A stretch of 64,000 bases of DNA from Eledone cirrhosa. Its lineage: Eukaryota. Shown one piece after another: positions 26,860 through 37,870 of the stretch; position 1 is the stretch's first letter, and each line of letters starts with the position of its first letter. The stretch lies in assembly GCA_964016885.1 (NCBI GenBank), contig OZ024753.1:2542001-2606000 (forward strand), read 5' to 3'. A program made the translations under genes and the position numbers. The notes under the pieces were generated by a model. It was not told the origin of the DNA. It worked only from the letters and a program-made list of their open reading frames with translations, and made no database searches.

Positions 26860-27258
26860 CCTCACAAGTTCTTGATATTTGGCCTTCTTGTCACGAACGC
26901 CTATAGAGATTTGAGAGTGATCCTGGGCAGGCGATGATCCATCATCCTAAAGACGTGCCCTGCCCAGCGTAGTTGGGAGTTCAGCTTCATGTTTAATCTT
27001 CCACACGTTAGTCTACCAAATTCACTGCTCATCTTTGCCAGTTTGTTGCTGATTTCCCTGTCAATCTTAGCATCCGATGTGAAGATGTACCCCAGGTAGC
27101 TGAAATTGATGGACTGTTTTCAGTTCAGTCTCGTCAATGGGGAGGGTGGTAAACTTCCTGAGGTGCAATACCTCCATCTTCTTTAAGCTTACTTACAGTC
27201 TAGAGAGCTGGGCAGCCTCTGCGAAACTGGAAGTGATACGCGGCAAGACTCTTTCTCT
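26860..27258 (-). mobile_element. RTE-BovB-like LINE fragment with internal deletion
   Basis: RITSSFAEAAQLS...SLKKMEVL...FSYLGYIFTSDAKIDREISNKLAK...FGRL joined to SQLRWAGHV. Confidence 0.8.
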
Positions 27259-27422
27259 CAGATAACAGAATGGGCCTGCCTTTTAACGTACCCGATATAC
27301 AGTGGTAGTTGTCCCCCCACACGGCAAACAGGTCTACATGTATTATATGTTACCAGCTTGACATAATTATATTTATTTCCATAAAAATTGTTCGTATATA
27401 CGTTCAAAATTACTTTATATAT

Positions 27423-27495
27423 ATATAGAAACGGAATGAGAGATAACACACGAAATATATTTTGAGACGTGTTATCTCCCTTTCCGTTTCTATAT
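27423..27495. other. 73-nt imperfect hairpin at the outer end of the left inner inverted repeat
   Basis: ATATAGAAACGGAA-TGA-GAGATAACAC ... GTGTTATCTC-CCT-TTCCGTTTCTATAT. Confidence 0.9.
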
Positions 27496-27539
27496 TTTTT
27501 TTTTAAAAAGTAAATAAAATTTTACCTATAAATATGACT

Positions 27540-27830
27540 ATTTGACTTAGTAGAATTGCGGCTTGTGCGTGGCGATGCGCGCAACGGCTCGGACTTCGTC
27601 GGCTACGTATGTATGTGTCGTTTCCATACTATGTATCACGAGTTCGAATCGTTGTGGTGTGCACGTGGCTACGGCGGCTGGGATGTTTGCAGGCTGGCTA
27701 TATGCTGGCCTGCGTCCTAGACCACGATGAGAATCCGCTTTACCCCCTTTTGCTAAAAAATGTTAGAATTATCTCCCTTTATTTAACTCTTCTCTTTTTT
27801 TCAATTGACTTCCGGTTGTTTGAAAGATAA
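27540..27830 (+). promoter_or_regulatory. GC/CpG-rich promoter-like or Pol III-like block (left copy)
   Basis: CpG-rich in an AT-rich background; AGTTCGAATC at 27641, CACGTG at 27662, ETS-type ACTTCCGGT at 27808, all retained in the mirror copy; function is inferred. Confidence 0.4.
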
Positions 27831-27847
27831 TTAACTGAAGAGACTAA

Positions 27848-29878
27848 ACTTTCAAAAACACACATTTCATATAGAAATTTTTTTCGACTTTTCAGAAACA
27901 CACATTTCATATAGAAATTTTTTTCGACTTTTCAAAAACACTCATTTCATATAGAAATTTTTTTCGACTTTTCAGAAACACACATTTCATATAGATTTTT
28001 TTTTTCGACTTTTCAGAAACACACATTTCATATAGAAATTTTTTTCGACTTTTCAGAAACACATTTCATATAGAAATTTTTTTCGACTTTTCAGAAACAC
28101 ACATTTCATATAGAAATTTTTTTCGACTTTTCAAAAACACTCATTTCATATAGAAATTTTTTTCGACTTTTCAGAAACACACATTTCATATAGAAATTTT
28201 TTTCGACTTTTCAGAAACACACATTTCATATAGATTTTTTTTTCGACTTTTCAAAAACACTCATTTCATATAGAAATTTTTTTCGACTTTTCAGAAACAC
28301 ACATTTCATATAGATTTTTTTTTCGACTTTTCAAAAACACACATTTCATATAGAAATTTTTTTCGACAACACACATTTCATATAGAAATTTTTTTCGACT
28401 TTTCAAAAACACTCATTTCATATAGAAATTTTTTTCGACTTTTCAGAAACACACATTTCATATAGATTTTTTTTTTCGACTTTTCAGAAACACACATTTC
28501 ATATAGAAATTTTTTTCGACTTTTCAGAAACACATTTCATATAGAAATTTTTTTCGACTTTTCAGAAACACACATTTCATATAGAAATTTTTTTCGACTT
28601 TTCAAAAACACTCATTTCATATAGAAATTTTTTTCGACTTTTCAGAAACACACATTTCATATAGAAATTTTTTTCGACTTTTCAGAAACACACATTTCAT
28701 ATAGATTTTTTTTTCGACTTTTCAGAAACACACATTTCATATAGATTTTTTTTTCGACTTTTCAAAAACACTCATTTCATATAGAAATTTTTTTCGACTT
28801 TTCAGAAACACACATTTCATATAGATTTTTTTTTCGACTTTTCAAAAACACTCATTTCATATAGAAATTTTTTTCGACTTTTCAGAAACACACATTTCAT
28901 ATAGATTTTTTTTTTCGACTTTTCAGAAACACACATTTCATATAGAAATTTTTTTCGACTTTTCAGAAACACATTTCATATAGAAATTTTTTTCGACTTT
29001 TCAGAAACACACATTTCATATAGAAATTTTTTTCGACTTTTCAAAAACACTCATTTCATATAGAAATTTTTTTCGACTTTTCAGAAACACTCATTTCATA
29101 TAGAAATTTTTTTCGACTTTTCAGAAACACACATTTCATATAGATTTTTTTTTCGACTTTTCAAAAACACTCATTTCATATAGAAATTTTTTTCGACTTT
29201 TCAGAAACACATATTTCATATAGATTTTTTTTTCGACTTTTCAAAAACACTCATTTCATATAGAAATTTTTTTCGACTTTTCAGAAACACACATTTCATA
29301 TAGAAATTTTTTTCGACTTTTCAAAAACACTCATTTCATATAGAAATTTTTTTCGACTTTTCAAAAACACACATTTCATATAGATTTTTTTTTGGACTTT
29401 TCAAAAACACTCATTTCATATAGAAATTTTTTTCGACTTTTCAAAAACACACATTTCATATAGATTTTTTTTTGGACTTTTCAAAAACACTTATTTCATA
29501 TAGAAATTTTTTTCGACTTTTCAAAAACACTCATTTCATATAGAAATTTTTTTCGACTTTTCAGAAACACACATTTCATATAGAAATTTTTTTCGACTTT
29601 TCAAAAACACACATTTCATATAGAAATTTTTTTCGACTTTTCAGAAACACACATTTCATATAGAAATTTTTTTCGACTTTTCAAAAACACACATTTCATA
29701 TAGATTTTTTTTTGGACTTTTCAAAAACACTCATTTCATATAGAAATTTTTTTCGACTTTTCAAAAACACTCATTTCATATAGATTTTTTTTTGGACTTT
29801 TCAAAAACACTCATTTCATATAGAAATTTTTTTCGACTTTTCAGAAACACACATTTCATATAGAAATTTTTTTCGACA
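27848..29878 (+). repeat. 40-bp satellite (CGACTTTTCAGAAACACACATTTCATATAGAAATTTTTTT), about 50 copies
   Basis: Directly visible, highly homogeneous. Confidence 0.98.
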
Positions 29879-30470
29879 CTTCATCTACATTCTTAGTATC
29901 TTTTTTTAAGACACTTTATCTACATTCTTAGTATCTTTTTTTAAGACACTTCATCTACATTCTTAGTATCTTTTTTTAAGACACTTCATCTACATTCTTA
30001 GTATCTTTTTTTAAGACACTTCATCTACATTCTTAGTATCTTTTTTTAAGACACTTCATCTACATTCTTAGTATCTTTTTTTAAGACACTTCATCTACAT
30101 TCTTACTTTAGACACTACATTCTTAGTATCTTTTTTTTAAGACACTTCATCTACATTCTTACTTTAGACACTACATTCTTAGTATCTTTTTTTAAGACAC
30201 TTCATCTACATGCTTAGTATCTTTTTTTTAAGACACTTCATCTACATTCTTAGTATCTTTTTTTAAGACACTTCATCTACATTCTTAGTATCTTTTTTTA
30301 AGACACTTCATCTACATTCTTACTTTAGACACTACATTCATAGTATCTTTTTTTTAAGACACTTCATCTACATTCTTACTTTAGACACTACATTCTTAGT
30401 ATCTTTTTTTAAGACACTTTATCTACATTCTTTAAGAAACTTCATTTAGATTCTTAGTTTCTTTTTTTAA
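29876..30470 (+). repeat. 35-bp satellite (GACACTTCATCTACATTCTTAGTATCTTTTTTTAA), decaying to about 30650
   Basis: Period of 35 bp measured at 29881/29916. Confidence 0.97.
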
Positions 30471-30649
30471 GACACTCCATTCAGATTCTTTATTTAGTTT
30501 ATTTTTGTAGCCACTTCATCTACATTCTTTCTAAAGAAACTTGATTTAGTTTCTTTTTAGACACTTGATCTACATTCTTCCCTAAGAAACTTTATTTAGA
30601 CAATTTACTTACATTCTTTCTAAAGAAATTTCTTAGTTTCTTTTTAGTA

Positions 30650-31068
30650 TGTCTTACTCAGTTTCATATAGACTCTTGATGTCTTTATTCATTTTTGTCA
30701 AATAAACTGAACACAATTCGTATATAGTATGTAAACTTTCTTTATTGTCTTATTCAGTTTCATATAGACTCTTGATGTCTTTATTCATTTGTCAAAATAA
30801 ACTGAACACAATTCGTATATAATATGTAAACTTTCTTTATTATGTCTTACTCAGTATCATATAGACTCTTGATTTCTTTATTGTCAAAATAAACTGAACA
30901 CAATTCGTATATATGTAAACTTTCTTCATTAACAGAAACTTCGTCATTCCGACTTGTTACAGCAAACAACATATGACCTAGAAGGCTGGACATCTGTAAA
31001 CTTTCTTTATTAACAAACTTCGTCATTCCCACTTGTTACAGCATATGACCTAGAAGGCTGGACATCTG
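30650..31068. repeat. ~97-bp triplication plus ~75-80-bp duplication at the palindrome centre
   Basis: TGTCTTACTCAGTTTCATATAGACTCTTGAT-like unit at about 30650, 30747 and 30843; ATATGACCTAGAAGGCTGGACATCTG occurs twice. Confidence 0.85.
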
Positions 31069-31888
31069 AAATAAGAAAATCTATTAAAGTCATGTACGTA
31101 CGTTGTCAATAAAAAGAATGTTTACAAAATTATTCTTCCGACTTTGTTTTTTATTATAGAGACATTGATGTTTCTGAAGAAAGAAAAATCTAAGGATGTA
31201 GATGAAGTTTCCTAAGAAAGAAACAATGTAAATAAAGTAACTAAGAATATGGATGTAGTTTCTTAGGAAAGAAACTAAAAATATAGATGAAGTTTCATCT
31301 AGAAGAGAAATATGTGGTGTTGTATTACATTGCTTTACCTCCGTAAAAATGGTAAATCTTAAGAAGGAAACTAAGAATGTAAATGAACTTTCTAAAATAA
31401 TAATCGTTCAAAACGGGTGTAATATTCAACCAACATCATGTGGAAGACTTGAAAAGAAGTAGTGGACACCTTCAAGTAGCTAGGAGATTTTGCCATGGAA
31501 AGGAAACTCTAGCAAAACGAAGAATAAAAATAACTAGCAGATTCAGGGTGACAGGAACATGACGAATTTACAACAAAGCACGAGGATATCATGAAGGGAA
31601 CTAGAAATATATTATTTACAAATTTAAATAATAGTATGGCCGAGAAATATGTGGTGTTATTACATTGGAATGTAAAGTGTGGCAGAAACTAACATTTAAA
31701 TAATTATTGCATTATGGAAGGAAATAAACGTTTCAATAAATGAAGGAATAAATGTTTCAATAAAACTTTACTTTACCGCCTCTGAAATGAGGGTTTTTGA
31801 AAGTGTAAAAAAAAAATTCTATATGAAATGCGTGTTTTTGAAAAGTCGAAAATAAAATCTATATGAAATGCATGTATATATCGTCAAG

Positions 31889-32092
31889 ATGGCTTAGAAC
31901 GATTTTTTAGAAGAGGTAACACCATTTGTATGTGTAGTTTTTAGTTTAAAGAAAGCATGTATCGAGTCGGTGTTGATGTGCCAGAAAGCCACCGTAAATA
32001 AAACAAAATACCTCTTCACATGAACACGAGATGTGAGAGTTATTGACATAAAGTGTGTATCTAATAAAATGTATGTGTATAGAGAGGTTTAG
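31889..32092 (+). pseudogene. Possible broken small ORF of unknown function
   Basis: TCAAG-ATGG start directly after two inverted 40-bp monomers; MA*NDFLEEVTPFVCVVFSLKKACIESVLMCQKATVNKTKYLFT*TRDVRVIDIKCVSNKMYVYREV; no recognised homology. Confidence 0.2.
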
Positions 32093-32261
32093 TTTCTTAG
32101 ATAGTCCTAATATACAGCAAAGAGAGTTATTGACATAAAGTGTGTATCTTATAAAGTGTATGTGTATAGAGAGAAGGTTTAGTTTCTTATATTAGTCGTT
32201 GTGTACAGGAAAGAAAATATTACATACCTCTTTACATGAGAAAAATATCCAAAATGGTTTT

Positions 32262-32560
32262 CTTTCAAACAACCGGAAGTCAATTGAAAAAAAAGAAGAG
32301 TTACATAAAGGGAGATAACTCTAATAACATTTTTGAGCAAAAGAGGGGTAAATCGGATTCTTCGCGTGGTCCAGGACGCAGGCCAGCCTGCAAATAGTCC
32401 CAGCCGCCGTAGCCACGTGCACACCACAACGATTCGAACTTCCGACACATAGTATGGTAACGACACATACATACGTAGCCGACGAAGTCCGAGCCGCTGC
32501 GCGCGCCGCCACGCTAGGGCGTAATTCTACTGAGTAAATTAGTCATACTTATAGGTAAAA
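32262..32560 (-). promoter_or_regulatory. GC/CpG-rich promoter-like or Pol III-like block (right, inverted copy)
   Basis: Reverse complement of 27520-27830, roughly 85% identical by eye; GATTCGAACT at 32431, ACCGGAAGT at 32272. Confidence 0.4.
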
Positions 32561-32581
32561 TTTTATTTATTTAAAAAAAAA

Positions 32582-32658
32582 ATATAGAAACGTAAAGGAA
32601 GATAACACGTCTCAAAATATATTTCGTGTGTTATCTCACTCTCATTCCGTTTCTATAT
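32582..32658. other. Hairpin at the outer end of the right inner inverted repeat
   Basis: Reverse-complement copy of 27423-27495. Confidence 0.9.
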
Positions 32659-33504
32659 ATAAAGCAATTTTGAACATATATTTGCAGTTTTAATGCAGAA
32701 CAATTAATATGAAAATAAATGAGGGCAGCAGGGGTACAAATGCCAAAACGTATAGATGTGTTAAAACTTTAGTTTAGAAATGCACTTGACAGCGTCGTGG
32801 AACTTGGGAAGAGTTTAAAACATAAGTTTATAGTGTTGGGGCTGATGAATCCAATGGATTGTTTAGGGAGTTTAATTGTGGTGGTTTATCGAAGTTCGAT
32901 GCTGACCCTGTTCTACAATTGAGGATCCTTTGATGACTGAAAGATTGTACGATGGAGACGGAAGTTAGACATGTCTTTAAACCGCTTTGTTTACCCTCCA
33001 GCGAGAGGGTTTTAAAATGTGGTTACAATCAAGCGATAGACATAGAAGATTATACAGCTTAGACATGTCTCTTTTAATCATTTTTTGGGCGACCTTATGT
33101 ACATGCCTTTGGCCTTCTAACCAAGCGTTGGCCACAGAGAAAATCTTAGAAGCCAGACAGGACATTGAGACACACACACAACACTTCCACTGAAATATGT
33201 ACTGCCTGTACAGTCACCAAAGGAGGTATAGACTGATATATGTACAGTCACCATCGGTTTTCGATTGACAACGATAAGTGCACCCCGTAATAATACACAT
33301 ATATCACCACATGACCAGCAACGCATTAACAATTTTGAAATGAAAAATATATTCACACCTGTATTACTTTAATTTATGCCGTTTACATGCATCCTTTTAT
33401 CAACGAATAATTAAAAAGATCGATATAAATTTGACTAATACGTACCTTGATGAATTCCAGGTTTAAGGGTGTGCCATTGACACATGACCCCAATTCTTGA
33501 GATG

Positions 33505-34078
33505 CTAAAAGACAGGTTAACCTTTTATAAGCTGTAACTGTGGGCCGTATCGAGTGAGAGACAGACCCAACATTATATTAGATGTACCTGTGGGTTGTAT
33601 GGAGGGACAGCCACCATAATATACCGTATATTAAGGACGTTAAAAGACAGACCCATCCTTATATTAGATGCAACAGCTACCGTTTAGAGGGACAGCTGCC
33701 ACAATATACTGTATATAAAGGACGTTAAAAGACAGACTCATTCTTAGGTGTAACTGTGGACGGTAAGGAGGGACTGCTACCACAATATACTGTATATCAG
33801 GGACGTTAAAAGACAAACACAACCTCAGATGTAACAGCTGCCGCGTGTGTGTATGAGGGGGGGGGGGCTGCTACAACAGTATACTGTATATGAGGGACGT
33901 TAAAAGACAGACCCAGACTTATATTAGATTTTACAGTGGGAAGTATCGAGGGACAGCTTCCACAATATACAGTAAATAAGGGACGTTAAAAGACAAACAC
34001 AACCTTAGATGCAACAATTGCCGTATCGAGAGACAGCTTCCACTGTATATCAGGGGCGCTAAAAGGCAGGCCCATTCT
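33505..34078. repeat. Degenerate ~85-bp tandem array, 6-7 units
   Basis: GGACGTTAAAAGACA-like motif at about 33635, 33720, 33801, 33895 and 33980; inverted relatives at 25885-26090 and 27270-27325. Confidence 0.85.
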
Positions 34079-34084
34079 TTTATC

Positions 34085-34432
34085 ACAGAGAAAGAGTCTT
34101 GCTGCGTATCACTTCCAGCTTCGCAGAGGCTGCTCAGCTCTCTGGACTGTAAGTAAGTATTCCACCAGCTTGCGCCTTGGGAATAGTACCACCCTCCCCA
34201 TATCACCATTGGCGAGACTGAACTGATAACAATCCATCATTTCATCTACCTGGGGTGCATCTTCACATCGGATGCCAAGATTGACAGGAAAATTAGCAAC
34301 AGACTGGCAAAGGTGAGCAGTGAATTTGGTAGACTATACCAACGTGTGGAAGATTAAACACGAAGCTGAAGTCCCAAATACGCCAGCCCACTCTTAACAG
34401 ACGTTCGTGACAGGAAGGCCAAATATCAAGAT
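34085..34432 (+). mobile_element. RTE-BovB-like LINE fragment (mirror of 26860-27258)
   Basis: YHPPHITIGETELITIHHFIYLGCIFTSDAKIDRKISNRLAKVSSEFGRLYQRVW; same internal deletion junction as the left copy. Confidence 0.85.
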
Positions 34433-34787
34433 TCGAACTCAGTGAATAACTGCAGTGTGGACCCTATCGTTAAAACCTCATGAGACACACACCCACAGAT
34501 TCTGCTCCAGAATACAAAATGAATTTACAACAGTTTCAGAAAATATTTAGCACTGTTGAAGAATTGAATCAACAATTTAAGGTCTTTGATCTCAATCTTG
34601 AAAAAAGCATTTAAATACATCTAAATATTTGCTAAAACTAGGAAGAGTTTAAAAATAAGTACACTCGATACATTTCCTGTGAATAAAAAAGAAGCATCCT
34701 GAATTTTATTATTAAATCCCTACATTTTATTGTTTATTTTCAACATTAATTGGAACACATGGTCTGAGTAAAGAATACGGTAAGAAG

Positions 34788-35015
34788 GGACTTCCCCTGG
34801 ATAGGACGCCAGTCGATTGCAAAGTTAAAGTCTGTCTCAAACCCGGAGGCTCATTAGAACGGTGTTTATCCTCAGCTGGACTGAACGCTGGTACACATTT
34901 TCAGCTATGTACACTGGAGCCACGTGAAATGAAGTGTTTTGCTCAAGAGCACAACACGATCTAAGAATCGAACTGATCACATTATGATCGTAAGTCCAAC
35001 ACTGTAAGCACTATG
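34788..35015 (-). mobile_element. CORE-type SINE, older copy
   Basis: GTGAAATGAAGTGTTTTGCTCAAGAGCACAACAC core in reverse orientation. Confidence 0.65.
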
Positions 35016-36438
35016 GAAATACTGAAGTTTCACACGGTGTGTGACAAGACTGACTTAATTACAGGTATAGTCCATCTTACAGGCTTCCAGAGAGTTTCTG
35101 TCTACTAAATTTCAATCACAGGATATGGGTCAACTGAAGGTCATGATAACACCTGCCTAAGATGTCACTCTCTCATCTAATGATTGAGAAAAGTTAATAG
35201 ATATCGATCTGTTAACACTGATAAATACTTCAACCATGACTACTAGGAGAACAGACATACACTGTTCTTGGACTATTAAGACGAAAACAAACTTAGGTGT
35301 ATAGAATTAAAGACGGGAGATAAGATTACTCCATCGATAAAGTCAAATTGGAGAAAAAGGGTTTAAAACATAGATGGTGAAGAGCTGGACTTATTATGTG
35401 TACCTCAGAAAGATTGCAAGAGGTGGCCAACTTTGGAAAAGTCCGCCAATTCAGCAATCAAAACTACCTCGTTCGATTGCTAAGTGGGAGTGAGTTAGAT
35501 ATGGAGAGGAAGACAACCACAGCAGGATTTGATAAAGACAAAGTAACTACCATAGGAAGAAGTAGGAACAATTTAAAAACTATACTAGATACATATTTAT
35601 TAATAAAAAATGTATGTTAAATGTTATTATATTCACAATGTATTGAAACGTGTAAGTGTGTATTTCAATACGTTAACATGAGAAAAAATAGGTAGGTGTA
35701 AACAGTAGATCATACGAAGGATACTAAGAGGGGAAGATTTACAAAAATACCTCAACATAATATAAAAATCTACGCTACCTTTCGGAAAGCTGCTATTATC
35801 CATTATTAAATCATTTAGCAAGAGATTTTGTAAAGCTGGTGAAATTCTACTAACTGACGGCCATTTCTTTTTCTTGTTTTGGATGGAGTTCAATGCGCAT
35901 GCGCGAGATTTAGAAATCCAGTGCGCATGTTCCAAGTATCCTGGCCATACTACAGCACCTTCTAAGATCTCCGGCCATGCTAGAGTACAATCTAAACAGC
36001 CTGACAATACTACAGTATTATCTAAACAGCCTGGCCATGCTACAGCTCTAGAAGTTAATCTATAATTACGAACATACGTAATTCTCAGGGAGATAAAGTG
36101 TTATAAAACTGGCCATTTGGATGACAGACTTCTATACGGTTTCTGTCTACCCAGTTTCACATGGGGCGCTGATCGAACCTGCGACTTAGTTGATATCGAT
36201 CTTTACAAACACTGATCGATAGTTAAACAATGATGAACATACCGCGGAAAAAGTGATCGAAAAACTGAAATGAATTTACAATTGCTTTAATTTTTACGAA
36301 TGGTTCGGCTGAAAATGAGTACCAGCAATAAGTGGGTGGGTTAACCCTGTGATGGACTGGCGTCCTGTCCAGGGGGGAGTCTTGTACTCTCAGTCACTTT
36401 ACGAGATAAGCTTCTGGACTCGCGAAAGACCAACGATC

Positions 36439-36706
36439 CAGAGGCGTGGAGTGCCTTGGTGATGCCCGGGGAAAATCTTGATTGTAAGCCCCAAAGACTC
36501 AAGTATAAGGCCTAATATACTGAGAAATATTATGAGAAAGGAAAACATTTTGAATATATAAAAACAGATGAAACATGAAATAAACGCTTTATTCGGTTTT
36601 AATATGAATCAATAAAATGTATTAAGTTCTTTTCCCCAAAGGATGCCCGGAGCCAACGCACCGTCGTACACCCCCCCCCCCCCCCTGCCATTTCTGCACG
36701 CTACTG
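36439..36706. mobile_element. Possible hAT-like MITE
   Basis: CAGAGGCGTG ... CACGCTACTG imperfect terminal inverted repeats; no clear TSD. Confidence 0.35.
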
Positions 36707-37656
36707 CAGAGAACCTCCACATACTTTGGGGATTTAAGGCAAGAAAAATATCGCCGACTAACAATATTAAATTGTGATTAGTTTTAGAAAATATTTAACA
36801 CTACTGAAGAATTGAATCAACAATTTACGGTCTTTGATCCTAATCTTGAAAGAAACATTTAAATCCACCGAAAGATTTGCTAAAGACATCAGAACTGTTA
36901 CAGGGAAAACTAGGAACAGTTTTAAAACAAAATACACTAAAGATATTTTCTGTGAATAAAAAAGAACATGTTGAATTTTATTATTAAATCTCTACATTTT
37001 GTTTATTTTCAACATTAATTTTGTGAATAAAAAACAAACACATAGGTTTTTCATTTTTTAATAATATAACAATAGTGCTTAAGTAAATATATTCTACATT
37101 CCCCCACCATAAATGAAACTTACGGGTCAGTCTGTCTCGTGGCTAGGGAAGGATGGCAAGGGTGACGTACTGAAACAGCCACTGCACCTTGCGTGGATCA
37201 CACTTGTTGGCTGCTAACTCCGCTCCGAGTTGGGGATGTAGTCGGGTGGGGAGCAAGAGTACCTGGAGTCTCCACTGCCAAACTCTCAATCACAAAACTA
37301 AGTGGCCGATCACAGGACTTACGTCAACTGGAGGTTACGATGAAACTTACCCAAGATGTTACACTCTCCTAATGATTGAGAACTCACGTGGTGAAAATCG
37401 ATATCGATCTGTTAACAATGATCAATACTTCAGCTATGATTACGAGAAGGAGAGAAAAAGTTCTTTAAAAAGTAGGTTTCTGAGTAACTGGGTGGAACAG
37501 GACCAAAGTACTTAAGACTTAAGCAGAGGAGGTGGAGAGGAGTTCCAGCTGGATCTGGTCGAGAAAGAACAACAAAGGCGATCTCCATCCAGATTAAGTG
37601 ACCTACACGCAACAAGTTTAACGATAGCCAGGTGGTTTTATTATTAAAATTCCGTC

Positions 37657-37870
37657 ATGGCTGTGTATTGGCAGAGCGTCGGACAATATAGCATAGAGTT
37701 ACGGCCATTTACGTTCTGGGTTCAAATTTTACCGAAGTTATCTTTGCCTTCCATCCGTACGGCGCCGATAAATAAATAAATAAAGCACCGGTAATGTACT
37801 GGTGTGGATTTAATCGACTTCCACCACACCCCAAATTATGGGCCATGTTTCTAAATCAGAAATCATTATT
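37657..37870 (+). mobile_element. SINE family 1 (mirror of 22417-22635)
   Basis: Same flanks and TSD in inverted orientation. Confidence 0.85.

Noticed and set aside
27609-27830. Paired ORFs MYVSFPYYVS... and MYVSLPYYVS... (32179-32472) as a duplicated gene
   Set aside because: The two copies shift frame relative to one another after about 25 codons because of indels; the similarity reflects the DNA inverted repeat only.
27848-29878. CRISPR-like regular repeat array
   Set aside because: Head-to-tail monomers with no unique spacers, no cas genes, eukaryotic context: it is a satellite.
31455-31490. RTE-like motif EVVDTFK*LGD at the palindrome centre
   Set aside because: Flanking residues do not continue RTE homology; likely coincidental.
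32385-32412. 7SL/Alu-like TAGTCCCAGC motif
   Set aside because: Only about 10 nt match, not conserved in the mirror copy, and no SRP RNA structure around it.
27549-32531. Polinton termini at AGTAG...CTACT
   Set aside because: Inverted homology continues about 180 bp beyond these points and the flanking 6-mers (TGACTT and GAGTAA) are not a direct TSD.
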